58,205 nucleotides of DNA, taken from NCBI RefSeq assembly GCF_001194135.2, contig NC_068996.1, positions 16,661,182 through 16,719,386 of the forward strand. Direction: 5' to 3'. The position numbers and the translations under genes are program-made. The stretch's first letter is position 1. Each line of letters starts with the position of its first letter. The notes below the pieces were generated by a model, which searched no databases, was not told the DNA's origin, and saw only the letters and a list, made by a program, of their open reading frames with translations. The DNA comes from Octopus bimaculoides. Lineage: Eukaryota. This document shows positions 1 to 10,135 of the stretch, one piece after another.

Positions 1-226
1 ATATATGCAAATATGCGTGTGTTGTTTACTGTAGTAGTTTGATTATACATACATATATATGTGTGTATTATACATACACGCACAGACATACACACACGCT
101 TGCGTACCCGTCTTATTTTAGTAGCAGGAATATTTTATTTACAATTATTTTTTCTTTTATTTATTTACTTTCATGTTATATGTTGTTTTTTGTTTTCTTT
201 AGGTTTGTTTTTTGTTTTTACTTAAC

Positions 227-387
227 CCTGTGCTGGTATTGAAGACGTAACTACACCGACCATTCCGTCCAGAACTGTTGCGGTTGTCTTTCTTGTTGTG
301 ATTTGAGGAAATTTGGTTGTTACTTCTAGCAGGTCATTTGACCAAATACAAATTTCCTCATAGTAGCAGAGATAGCATAGCAGCAGT
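227..387 (-). CDS. Alternative candidate exon (RLLLCYLCYYEEICIWSNDLLEVTTKFPQITTRKTTATVLDGMVGVVTSSIPAQ)
   Basis: Strong polypyrimidine acceptor tctttcgttgctttcacaccacag|, open frame with a Cys-rich then Thr-rich segment, non-consensus donor G|gttaag. Confidence 0.2.
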
Positions 388-440
388 CTGTGGTGTGAAA
401 GCAACGAAAGACTTGAATATAAATCAACGCACATCTGCAG
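333..440 (+). CDS. Candidate internal coding exon (phase 1-1, GHLTKYKFPHSSRDSIAAVCGVKATKDLNINQRTSA); product unknown
   Basis: ttacttctagcag|GT acceptor, CAG|gtgtgt donor, 108 nt open, non-repetitive. A competing minus-strand exon overlaps it. No protein family recognised. Confidence 0.25.
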
Positions 441-442
441 GT

Positions 443-482
<40 letters not shown>

Positions 483-624
483 GTGAGTGCGCACGCGCGT
501 GTGTTTATATGTAAATGTGTGTCTGTGTAAATATATTCATGTATTTATGCGTATGTGTATGTATGTGCTTGTATGTATGCATGTATGTATGTATGTACGT
601 ATTCGCGTGTTTTTGTGCGTGTAC

Positions 625-692
<68 letters not shown>

Positions 693-973
693 CATATATA
701 TATATATGTGTGCGTATGTATACATATATATATGTGTGTATATGTATGTATGAGTGTTGAGAGATGAACGTGTGCTTATATCCTTATATATCCGTTTGCA
801 CGTACGCCTGTGTATGCGAAAGAAATATAGAGGCCGAATGAGATAGGAGGAAGAGAAAGAGCGACAGAAAGATAAAATAAACGAGAGAGAAAAAGAGAGA
901 GAGTGTGAGAGAGAGAGAAGGAGACATCCTCCTGGCTTTCTGATTTATGTGTCAAATCAGCTGTCTCTTACAG

Positions 974-1204
974 ACTTTATAGTTGAAGCCATTGTGATAT
1001 GATATCTGAGGGCGACGTTCCCAGGAAAAGGATGGGAGGAGGAAGATGAGAAGGATGGACAAGAAGATCAAGAAGGGGAAGAGATGGTGATGAAGAAGGA
1101 TGAGGAAGTAGACTGGGAGGGATAGGAGGAGGAAAGGTGAGACATTTGGATGTGGACAAAGACAATGAGTTTTTCAATGAGAAGATTAAGAAGAGAAACA
1201 GGAG
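974..1204 (+). other. Exon-like purine-rich block with stops in all three frames
   Basis: ctgtctcttacag| acceptor, GAG|gtaagt donor, 231 nt, GAA-rich. Confidence 0.2.
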
Positions 1205-1223
1205 GTAAGTGAGGGAAGCGAGG

Positions 1224-1290
<67 letters not shown>

Positions 1291-1379
1291 TGATGCATAG
1301 ATAAATAGATAAAAAAAAAATATTCGGAGTTGAGGAAGATTGTATGCAGATGAGAGGCTAACAGTGTGATAGAGCGATG

Positions 1380-1540
1380 CTAAAATGGTTTCAAATTTTA
1401 GCAGAGGGCCAATTGTTTTGAGGGGAGGGGTAAGTCGATTACATCGTCTATAGTACTTGATTGATACTTTTACCGACCCTGAGAAAATAAAAGGTAAAGT
1501 CGACCTCAGCTGAATTCGAAATAAGAACATAAATTTTGTA
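1380..1540 (-). mobile_element. tRNA-headed SINE, family Z (gtcgactttgcctttcatcc...gataaaataagtacc core), decayed
   Basis: Reverse complement aligns by eye to the copies at 12389 and 46415. Confidence 0.7.
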
Positions 1541-1675
1541 CAGAGAACAAACAATTTTGCCCTCTCGTCGCTTTTGGAGAGGGATGCTAAAATGAAGTAC
1601 ACAGAAACAGCAGACTTATAATCGAACATGTTCCTGTCATACCCAGTCCGCATTTTATACTGGCATTGTCTAAGG

Positions 1676-2004
1676 CAGCGGTTCTCAGCCGGTGTCTATA
1701 TGGCCCCTGTGGGTCTATATAAAATTTTGGATGGGGCCACTCAAGCAAAACACTAAATTGAGGATCCACATTAGTATACTAGGGATCTACGAAAAAAATT
1801 TGTTTTAAATGTATTTATAGCAAGAAACAGCCCGGTTTCCTTCTCAAATATTTTGCATAGTTCAACCTACGCAGGATAATGTTTGAAAAACAAAATAGGA
1901 ACTTCGAAAGTAATACGTATAAAACTAATTTTTAAACATCGAATGGCTATGAGGGTCTACACGAATAAAATTGTCCATAGGTAAAAAATAGTTGAGAACC
2001 ACTG
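1676..2004. mobile_element. hAT (Charlie-like) non-autonomous MITE
   Basis: TIRs CAGCGGTTCTCAGC / GTTGAGAACCACTG. The 8-bp flanks gtctaagg / atcaaaga match at 5 of 8 positions (decayed TSD). Confidence 0.75.
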
Positions 2005-2134
2005 ATCAAAGACGAGATTATCTAATGTATCGTTTCTTTCAACCTATAATATGTGATTATAAACTCACAAATACTGAATGGATATATGCATATATGGTTG
2101 TGTATATACAAGCATATCTTTTATCTCAAATATA

Positions 2135-2300
2135 TGTTTCAGTCATCGAACTGCGACCATACCGGAGTAATGATTTTAAGAGTTTTAACCAAGCAACTCT
2201 AGCACGGTACTTATTCTATCGGTCTGTTATGCCCAACCGCTAGGTTAAACAAACTAACACTGGTTTTTAAGCAGTGGTAAGAAGCAAACACATGTATCTG
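2135..2300 (-). mobile_element. SINE family X, 3' fragment, decayed
   Basis: Matches the tgtttcagtcat...gtacttattctatcggtct segment of the copies at 11881 and 55998. Confidence 0.6.
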
Positions 2301-2329
2301 CGTATATGCTTGCACACAGTATATATATA

Positions 2330-2554
2330 TAGGGTTGAACAAAAAGTCAACCGACAGGAGATAAAAATTCCATAAATACTTAATATTCAATTTTATTTAT
2401 TGGTTCCAATTATGGATGTCTAATTAGTGAATGTTGTGAATTAAAATCGTTTATTTAGATGCTTTTATTAAATTTATTCAATTGTTAAACATGAATAAAT
2501 CTTGGAGGTAAATGGTTTTGAATTACTGTTAGGTGACTTTTGGCCAACCTTTTA
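2330..2554. mobile_element. Tc1/mariner-type MITE
   Basis: Imperfect TIRs (ta)gggttgaacaaaaagtcaacc / aggtgacttttggccaacctttta, TA-flanked, AT-rich interior. Confidence 0.55.
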
Positions 2555-3001
2555 TAATATATGAACCATGTCTCTTAAGACAGCAAAACATTCCCTCAAT
2601 ATACACAAGAGAAAAAGCCAGGTCAGTTCCTCCTCAACTTTATTCGATTATCAAAGAATATGTATATGTATTTTTCCATATATGTATTTTCATACACTGT
2701 TTTTAACATTTTCATCTTATTATCAGAGAATGTGTGATAATCAGTATGTAACACTACAAAGTTCATACAAAGCTTTATACTTTAAATATATTTTATCATC
2801 AAAGAATGTATATATGCATTTTAATACTCAAACTGTATTTTAACATTTTTTTATTATTCTCAAAGACTTTTNNNNNNNNNNNNNNNNNNNNNNNNNNNNN
2901 NNNNNNNNNNNNNNNNNNNNNNNNNNNNNNNNNNNNNNNNNNNNNNNNNNNNNNNNNNNNNNNNNNNNNNNNNNNNNNNNNNNNNNNNNNNNNNNNNNNN
3001 N

Positions 3002-3057
<56 letters not shown>

Positions 3058-3240
3058 GAGCGGTAGTGGTGTCAATTAGACCGAGAGGTTTCAGGTAATG
3101 CTGAGTAAGTGCTATGGATAGACCATAGTTAAGCTCCAGGTTCGGAGATTATGCAAATAAGGGGTCCAACGTAGGTCATATAACAGCGTCTGAACATAAG
3201 GATTTACTTTTCGTAATGCGATAAAATAACCAAGGGTGTG

Positions 3241-3272
<32 letters not shown>

Positions 3273-3316
3273 TGCATATATGTGTGCATATGTATCTGTG
3301 TATGTGTGTGTATGTA

Positions 3317-3394
<78 letters not shown>

Positions 3395-3469
3395 CTTATA
3401 TGTGCGTTGCATTTTTCTATATGCGCAAGAACAGAATTTCCGGGTTAGTTTCAAATGGTCAGGGCAATA

Positions 3470-3517
3470 TTTGCCACTGAAGAAGCAAAATCACATCGAA
3501 ACAGCGTGTCTAGTAAG
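3470..3517 (+). ncRNA. Decayed minimal type-I hammerhead ribozyme motif (PLE type)
   Basis: CTGAAGA (3477-83), GAAA (3498-3501), helix III ACA-gcg-TGT, GUC triplet ending 3510. Stem I TTTGCCA/TAGTAAG has one mismatch. Stem II does not pair. Confidence 0.45.
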
Positions 3518-3947
3518 TTCCCTAACGTCACTTGAAGCTCGGCATGGTATATACTTACTCACTAAGTCTAGAGAGATGAAATTTTCCTTCAATCCAAAAT
3601 TCTGCAGCGAATGGTTCTCACTTCTCAATTTACACATCTAGTGTACCCATCTTTATTCACGTTTCCGCCGTTTCGTGTGCGTATCATATTCATTTATTCT
3701 TTTACATGTTTCAACCCTATGGCTGGTTCTTAATACACATCCACACACACACACACATAGATAGGTAGAGAGAGCGATGACAGAAAGAGGAAGAGAGAGA
3801 GAGAGAGAGAGAGAGAGATGTATGTATGGATGTGTACGTGTGTGTATATATATATGTATGTACGTATGTATGTATGTATGTATGTATGTACGTACGTATG
3901 TATGTATGTATGTATGTATGTATGTATGTATATAGTAATAAGATTAG

Positions 3948-4061
3948 TAATCTAAGGATGGAATTCATAAATATTTTAATGTATAACTACGCGCGCGTTT
4001 CGCGTGATTCGTGGAAACGTGCGGAGCGATACATTAAAATATTTATAAATTCCATCCTTAG

Positions 4062-4065
<4 letters not shown>
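3948..4065. repeat. ~118-bp near-perfect palindrome (fold-back)
   Basis: The 37-nt outer arms taatctaaggatggaattcataaatattttaatgtat / atacattaaaatatttataaattccatccttagatta differ at one base. Inner arms cgcgcgtttc / gaaacgtgcg. Confidence 0.9.
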
Positions 4066-4132
<67 letters not shown>

Positions 4133-4136
<4 letters not shown>

Positions 4137-5050
4137 TAGTTTTATTTTTATAACGTGCTTTCACTTCACTACCGAGCGCAGCTCTGTGCGCCTTGGGTAT
4201 NNNNNNNNNNNNNNNNNNNNNNNNNNNNNNNNNNNNNNNNNNNNNNNNNNNNNNNNNNNNNNNNNNNNNNNNNNNNNNNNNNNNNNNNNNNNNNNNNNNN
4301 NNNNNNNNNNNNNNNNNNNNNNNNNNNNNNNNNNNNNNNNNNNNNNNNNNNNNNNNNNNNNNNNNNNNNNNNNNNNNNNNNNNNNNNNNNNNNNNNNNNN
4401 NNNNNNNNNNNNNNNNNNNNNNNNNNNNNNNNNNNNNNNNNNNNNNNNNNNNNNNNNNNNNNNNNNNNNNNNNNNNNNNNNNNNNNNNNNNNNNNNNNNN
4501 NNNNNNNNNNNNNNNNNNNNNATGTATTTGTCTGAATACTTTTTTTTATCATACCTAATGCGCTCAATATGATAGGAATTGTTTCTGTTTTTAGATTCCA
4601 CATTCGAGTTACCTCTATTTCCAGGTCTTTGCATTTTGAAAGTTTCTCCATTTCTTTTAGGGAAACGTTGTCACCTGCTGGTATTGATACATCAATTAGA
4701 AAGCATTTTTTTCCTTCATAATCTCTGACAACTATATCTGGCCTATTGGCCTTAATTTCTCTATCTGTGTGTATTGGCATATCCCAGAGTATGGTTGCTT
4801 TCTCGTTTTCTGTGACCTTTTTTGGCGTGTGCCTATACCGTCTTTTTCTGTTGTTATTCCATAGTGTTGGCATAGCTTCCAGTGTATATATGGTCCCAGT
4901 TCTGTCGTGTCTGTGAATATATTCCTTCTTAACCAGGACTGGGCAGCCAGAGATAATATGGTTTATTGTTTCTTGCCCATCGCCACTACTAGGTTCATGT
5001 TCATACCATTTATCAGTATGTTCAAATCCTAGGTTTCTACATTGATCATC
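4133..5050 (-). mobile_element. R4/Dong-like RLE-type LINE, family A, 3' fragment (gap 4201-4521)
   Basis: LWDMPIHTDREIKANRPDIVV..FLIDVSIP..KEMEKLSK is the PD-(D/E)xK RLE. ETINHIISGC is a CCHC remnant. The 3' UTR matches 16775-16845 and ends at the (TTA)n tract 4062-4132. Confidence 0.9.
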
Positions 5051-5055
5051 CTAGA

Positions 5056-5310
5056 TTGAGTTTATCGCTGAAATTATGTTTCTGGTATTCAGCTTCGAAG
5101 CCAATATTTTCTCACTCGCCGCAGGTACTCTCTTTTTGTCTCTTTCTTCATGTTGTGATGTTTGATTCCATCTGCCTCAAATATTCCCAGGTATTTATAG
5201 CCGGATTGAGGTTGAATTGCCTTCATCATTTCACCACTTGGTAACCATATGCCTTCTGTCCTGACAGGCTTTCCTCGTCTCATCACCTTCGTAGCACATT
5301 TTGAGAGTCA
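5056..5310 (-). mobile_element. R4/Dong-like LINE, family B, RT C-terminal fragment
   Basis: YKYLGIFEADGIKHHNMKKETKREYLRRVRK; near-identical to 20030-20220. Confidence 0.85.
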
Positions 5311-5344
5311 TTAATAATTGTTGTTGTTGTTGTTGTTGTTGTTG

Positions 5345-6172
5345 ACCTCAAGGGACAACAAGCTAGAAGTTCTTGTTGGTGTCATATATTTGGTTTTGTA
5401 CATAGTATTGTTCTAGCGAATGTTTAAGAAAACATGAGAAAATTATGAGTTTGTTTCAAAATTTGAGATTACATAGACAGTATTTTGCGTAGGAAATGGG
5501 CAGTTCCCATGAGCACTATCTTTGAATTTCAGCCATTTTGGAGTCTTTTGGTGTTTGAGCTAGGTAGGAATCAGCTCCTTTTGCTATCATTCCTAAGGCA
5601 TCTATGACAACAGGTATTGTTTTAGTCTTCAGGTTCCACATTTGCCATTTTCTGCTTCAAGAACTTTATACTTGCTCAGTTTTTGGTAGGCCTTGACAGA
5701 TACATTTATATCGATAGGGACAGTCATATCAATGAGGAGGCATGATTTTTATCTGAAGTCTTTCAATATAATGTCTGGCCTATTCGCTTCTATCTTTCTG
5801 TCAGTTTGAATGGTGAAATTCCAGAGAAGTGAAGTGTGATCATTTTCAACCACTGGAGGTGGTTTGTGTTCCCACCAGTTTTTATCATGGGGCAGGTCCA
5901 GGGTTTTGCAAATTACCCAGTGAACATATTGTGCAGCTCTATCATGCCTGCTGAGATACTCTGTAGGCGCAAGAAGACTGCACATGGAGACATGATCAGT
6001 GGTTTCATTTTGTTGTTGACATACACGACATTTTGGGCAGCTGCCGTTCTTTAATATGTTAGCCTAGTAGTTTCTTATAGGTAAGCATTGATCTTGGGCT
6101 GCTATAATAAACTCTTCTGTTTCTGATTTCAAGCCAGAGGCCATTAACCATTGATGGGTAAGGGCTTTGTCA
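5345..6172 (-). mobile_element. R4/Dong-like LINE, family C, 3' end (CCHC + RLE + 3' UTR)
   Basis: SGLKSETEEFIIAAQDQCLP, YLSRHDRAAQYVHW, WNFTIQTDRKIEANRPDIILKDF, PVVIDALGMI. Flanked by (TTG/TTA)n at 5312-5345 and (TTA)n at ~6175-6190. Confidence 0.9.
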
Positions 6173-6707
6173 ACATTATTATTATTATTGAAGGAGAGAG
6201 GAGGGCGTGCCATCAAAGTGACACTGGGGTAAAATATACGAAGCCCAGTATACACATCATGACTACCCGCCTGACAAGGGTACACAAGGCCCATGCATCA
6301 TAACCATATGTGCGTGACATAGTGGTCTCATATCAAGATAAACAGCGCATGACCAAAATCTCTATGACAACTATCATACCACTTTTACACCTGTTATTGT
6401 ACAAGTTTGCGTGCTGTGTTGTACTTTATGTGTGTACGTGCGTATATATGTACTTTATACGAAAATGGGACCGTGTGCATATGTTCATCCAACAAATTCA
6501 AATGGATAATCCCTTGAATGTTTTACATATTTTCGGTCTATCAGTAATCGATTGTATCTGAAGAATATGAATCAGTCTGTTCTGTTCTTTTTGGAGAGCA
6601 CAAATATTCTATTTTTGTATGCAAATCTGTTGTTACGTAACCCCATGAACCTATGAAGATAGGTGTATATGTATGTACGTACGTATATATGTATCTATGT
6701 ATCTATG

Positions 6708-6790
6708 TAAACTGGAGCAACGTGAAATAAAGTTTCTTGCTCAAAGACACAACGCGCCGCCAAATACCCTAACCACTGAGCCACGCACTT
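6708..6790 (-). mobile_element. SINE family Y head/core fragment, internally deleted
   Basis: Reverse complement of tggctcagtggttagggtattt..gtgtctttgagcaagaaactttatttcacgttgctccagt. Confidence 0.65.
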
Positions 6791-6807
6791 TCTCGCATGG
6801 TTTAGTG

Positions 6808-7110
6808 ATTAGGGTATTCGATTCACGTTCGTAAGACCGTGAGTTCGATTCCTGATGCGCGCTGTTTCCTTGAGCAACACACTTTATCTCACATTACTCC
6901 AGTCCACCCAACTGGCAAAAATAAGTTCTATTTGTATTTCGAAGGGCCAGCCCCGTTACATTCTGTGACATGCTAAATTTCCCTGAGAACTACGTTAAGG
7001 GTACACGTGCCTGTGGAGTGCTCAGCTACTTATACGTTAATTTCTTGAGTAGATTGTTCTGTTGATTCGATCAACTGGAACACACATCATCGTAACCGAC
7101 AGAATGCCAA
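6808..7110 (+). mobile_element. SINE family Y, near full length
   Basis: A-box-like TGGTTTAGTGA, B-box GAGTTCGATTCC, core tccttgagcaacacacttta..tccagtccac. The 3' body is shared with 8543, 26268 and 47155. Confidence 0.8.
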
Positions 7111-7289
7111 TTATATGTACGTATGTAGCTGTGTGTTTGTATGACTGCATCCGCCCTTGACGCACCGTTAAATCAATCATCGACTTCATTGGTTTATTAA
7201 TTGCTAAACCTTCCTGAAGCCATAAACTGCAGGTTCATTCATTGTGAATATCACATATATGCAACAATGAAATACCTCGTCTTCCGTAG

Positions 7290-7381
7290 CTTCAAGCTCT
7301 CAAAAAGTTTAATTTAGGCAGGAGTAATTGTACTTCTCTGGTTCCATATGAGGATGCGTTCCGTGTTAGGGTGCCATGTCG
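7290..7381 (+). CDS. Candidate exon (LQALKKFNLGRSNCTSLVPYEDAFRVRVPC)
   Basis: cctcgtcttccgtag| acceptor, only phase 0 open, TCG|gtaaaa donor. Its phase does not join cleanly to 8341. Confidence 0.2.
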
Positions 7382-7818
7382 GTAAAATTACTCTCTTCAT
7401 TGATCACCAGTCGACAAACAGAAGAACTTTAGATATTTTCTGTTTCTTCTATATTTCTTGCTTTCTAATTTATTTATTTATTTGCTTATTCATTTATTAG
7501 TGTAGTCGATTGGTCATTGTGAAATTTAACGGCGAAATAACATATAGATATATTCATGTGTGTGTGTGTGTATATATATNNNNNNNNNNNNNNNNNNNNN
7601 NNNNNNNNNNNNNNNNNNNNNNNNNNNNNNNNNNNNNNNNNNNNNNNNNNNNNNNNNNNNNNNNNNNNNNNNNNNNNNNNNNNNNNNNNNNNNNNNNNNN
7701 NNNNNNNNNNNNNNNNNNNNNNNNNNNNNNNNNNNNNNNNNNNNNNNNNNNNNNNNNNNNNNNNNNNNNNNNNNNNNNNNNNNNNNNNNNNNNNNNNNNN
7801 NNNNNNNNNNNNNNNNNN

Positions 7819-7871
<53 letters not shown>

Positions 7872-8340
7872 TATATCAGCACACATGCATATATGTATGT
7901 ATATATGTGTGTATGTAGGTCTGTTGTACAAACACACCCTATGACTGAATGAAAGTTGGAACAGCTTTGATCATGAGTCAGGTCTAAACCTAGGAACTGT
8001 ACCACCTCCAACACCACCACCACTGCCACTACCACTACTACTGCGAAAAATATTTTAATAATCTATGTTGTCAGGATTAAATTGGAATACATTTAAGATG
8101 TTTTGCAGCTTAAGACGGATTCATCAAATTCCTCTCTTACAATTGCTTTCCTGGGGGATTAATTTTTAATCGGAATATGTGCCATTTTAATTTTTTTTTC
8201 TGTTCTGGCATTGTTAAAGTTGCCTGTTTTTGTCGTTGTTTTTGTTGATATTGGTGATGTTGTTGTTGTTGTTGTTATTGTTGTTTGTGTTGTTGCCTTC
8301 GTCGTTGTCGTCATGGTTGTCGTTCTTATTTTGATTCTAG

Positions 8341-8538
8341 GCAGTTCTATCGAAGCACAAGTATTTAGGGACCAAACCATATCTTGCCATGACCCTCTCG
8401 TCGTATTCGACGGCAAAAGTATGCCAGAGACAACTCTATCTAATGTTGTCCTTTGCAACGGAATATGGCATGATTTGAGGAAGATTCGACTACCATTTCA
8501 AACTTAGGCCCTTTCATACGGTTACAACCGCTTGTACT
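8341..8538 (+). CDS. Candidate phase 1-1 exon resembling the C-terminal half of a CUB domain, with in-frame TAG at 8505-8507
   Basis: gttcttattttgattctag| acceptor. xSSIEAQVFRDQTISCHDPLVVFDGKS..LCNG..IRLPFQT*ALSYGYNRLY follows CUB landmarks (C-x-D-x-L-x-x-FDG, second Cys, L-x-F-x-T, G-aromatic-xxx-Y). T|gtaggt donor; 198 nt. A second frame is also open for 45 codons (AVLSKH...EYGMI*). Confidence 0.35.
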
Positions 8539-8542
8539 GTAG

Positions 8543-8935
8543 GTGTGTGGAGGCGCAATGGCCCAGTGGTTAGGGCAACGAACTCGCGGTCATAGGATCG
8601 TGGTTTCGATTCCCAGACCGGGCGTTGTGAGTGTTTATTGAGCGAAAACTCCTAAAACCTCCACGTGGCTCCGGCAGGGGATGGTGGCGAACCCTGCTGT
8701 ACTCTTTCACCACAACTTTCTCTCACTCTTACTTCCTGTTTCTGTTGTGCCTGTAATTCAAAGGGTCAGCCTTGTCACGCTCTGTGTCACGCTGAATATC
8801 CCCGAGAACTACGTTAAGGGTACACGTGTCTGTGGAGTGCTCAGCCACTTGCACGTTAATTTCACGAGCAGGCTCTTCCGTTGATCGGATCAACTGGAAC
8901 CCTCGACGTCGTAAGCGACGGAGTGCCAACAACAA
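8543..8935 (+). mobile_element. SINE family Y', young full-length copy
   Basis: A box TGGCCCAGTGG, B box GGTTTCGATTCCC, CpG-rich, 3' body shared with family Y. Confidence 0.85.
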
Positions 8936-9217
8936 TATTATCTNNNNNNNNNNNNNNNNNNNNNNNNNNNNNNNNNNNNNNNNNNNNNNNNNNNNNNNNN
9001 NNNNNNNNNNNNNNNNNNNNNNNNNNNNNNNNNNNNNNNNNNNNNNNNNNNNNNNNNNNNNNNNNNNNNNNNNNNNNNNNNNNNNNNNNNNNNNNNNNNN
9101 NNNNNNNNNNNNNNNNNNNNNNNNNNNNNNNNNNNNNNNNNNNNNNNNNNNNNNNNNNNNNNNNNNNNNNNNNNNNNNNNNNNNNNNNNNNNNNNNNNNN
9201 NNNNNNNNNNNNNNNNN

Positions 9218-9702
9218 CGGAATATGGCATGATTTGAGGAAGATTCGACTACCATTTCAAACTTAGGCCCTTTCATACGGTTACAACCGCTTGTACTGTA
9301 GGTGTGTGGAGGCGCAATGGCCCAGTGGTTAGGGCAACGAACTCGCGGTCATAGGATCGTGGTTTCGATTCCCAGACCGGGCGTTGTGAGTGTTTATTGA
9401 GCGAAAACTCCTAAAACCTCCACGTGGCTCCGGCAGGGGATGGTGGCGAACCCTGCTGTACTCTTTCACCACAACTTTCTCTCACTCTTACTTCCTGTTT
9501 CTGTTGTGCCTGTAATTCAAAGGGTCAGCCTTGTCACGCTCTGTGTCACGCTGAATATCCCCGAGAACTACGTTAAGGGTACACGTGTCTGTGGAGTGCT
9601 CAGCCACTTGCACGTTAATTTCACGAGCAGGCTCTTCCGTTGATCGGATCAACTGGAACCCTCGACGTCGTAAGCGACGGAGTGCCAACAACAATATTAT
9701 CT
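9218..9702 (+). repeat. Apparently identical 485-bp copy of 8459-8943 across a gap (includes second Y' SINE 9302-9694); probable unmerged contig overlap
   Basis: Offset 759 nt; the track gives identical ORF translations at 8681 and 9440. Copy 1 ends at the gap and copy 2 begins at it. Confidence 0.85.
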
Positions 9703-9837
9703 AATGTATCCTCACGACTTTGATTTTTCTTTTTAGTCTCCCTGGTTTAGCAAATTTATAATCAGAGATATTCCTTCCCAACATTGTGTATTTAAGACTA
9801 TATATATTATTTAATACAGTCTGAGGTGCTTCCTTGT

Positions 9838-10135
9838 GAAGCGCATGGCTCAGTGGTTAGAGCATCGGGCTCACAATCATGTGGTAGTGAGTTCGATTCT
9901 CAGACCGGGCTGTGTGTTGTATTCTTAAGTAAGACACTTTATTTCATGTTGCTCCAGTTACTCATCTGTAGGAAGCCTTTGTTTTTCTCTTGGATAACAT
10001 CGGTGGCTTGGAAAGGGGAGGTTGGTATGCATGGGTGACTGCTGGTCTTCCACAAACATTACCCAGACTTATGCCTTGGAGGCAAACTTTCTTGGTGCAA
10101 TCCCATGGTCATTAATGACCGAACAGGTCTTTACA
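9838..10135 (+). mobile_element. tRNA-headed SINE with Y-type core and a different 3' body
   Basis: TGGCTCAGTGG A box, GAGTTCGATTCTC B box, aagacactttatttcatgttgctccagt core. Confidence 0.7.

Noticed and set aside
7200-7440. CUB-like fragments in three frames (CEYHIYA.., GKITLFI..)
   Set aside because: It requires two frameshifts and loose similarity; likely over-reading.
8159-8458. Minus-strand ORF with a mucin-like Thr-rich stretch
   Set aside because: The Thr run is a degenerate (GTT/GTC)n tract like 45850-46140, and the rest mirrors the plus-strand open frame.
333-8478. Five-exon phase-compatible chain 333-440, 2580-2621, 3463-3512, 7290-7370, 8341-8478
   Set aside because: It needs weak sites (AAG acceptor, gtgcca donor), one exon coincides with a hammerhead relic, and the joined peptide matches nothing I recognise.
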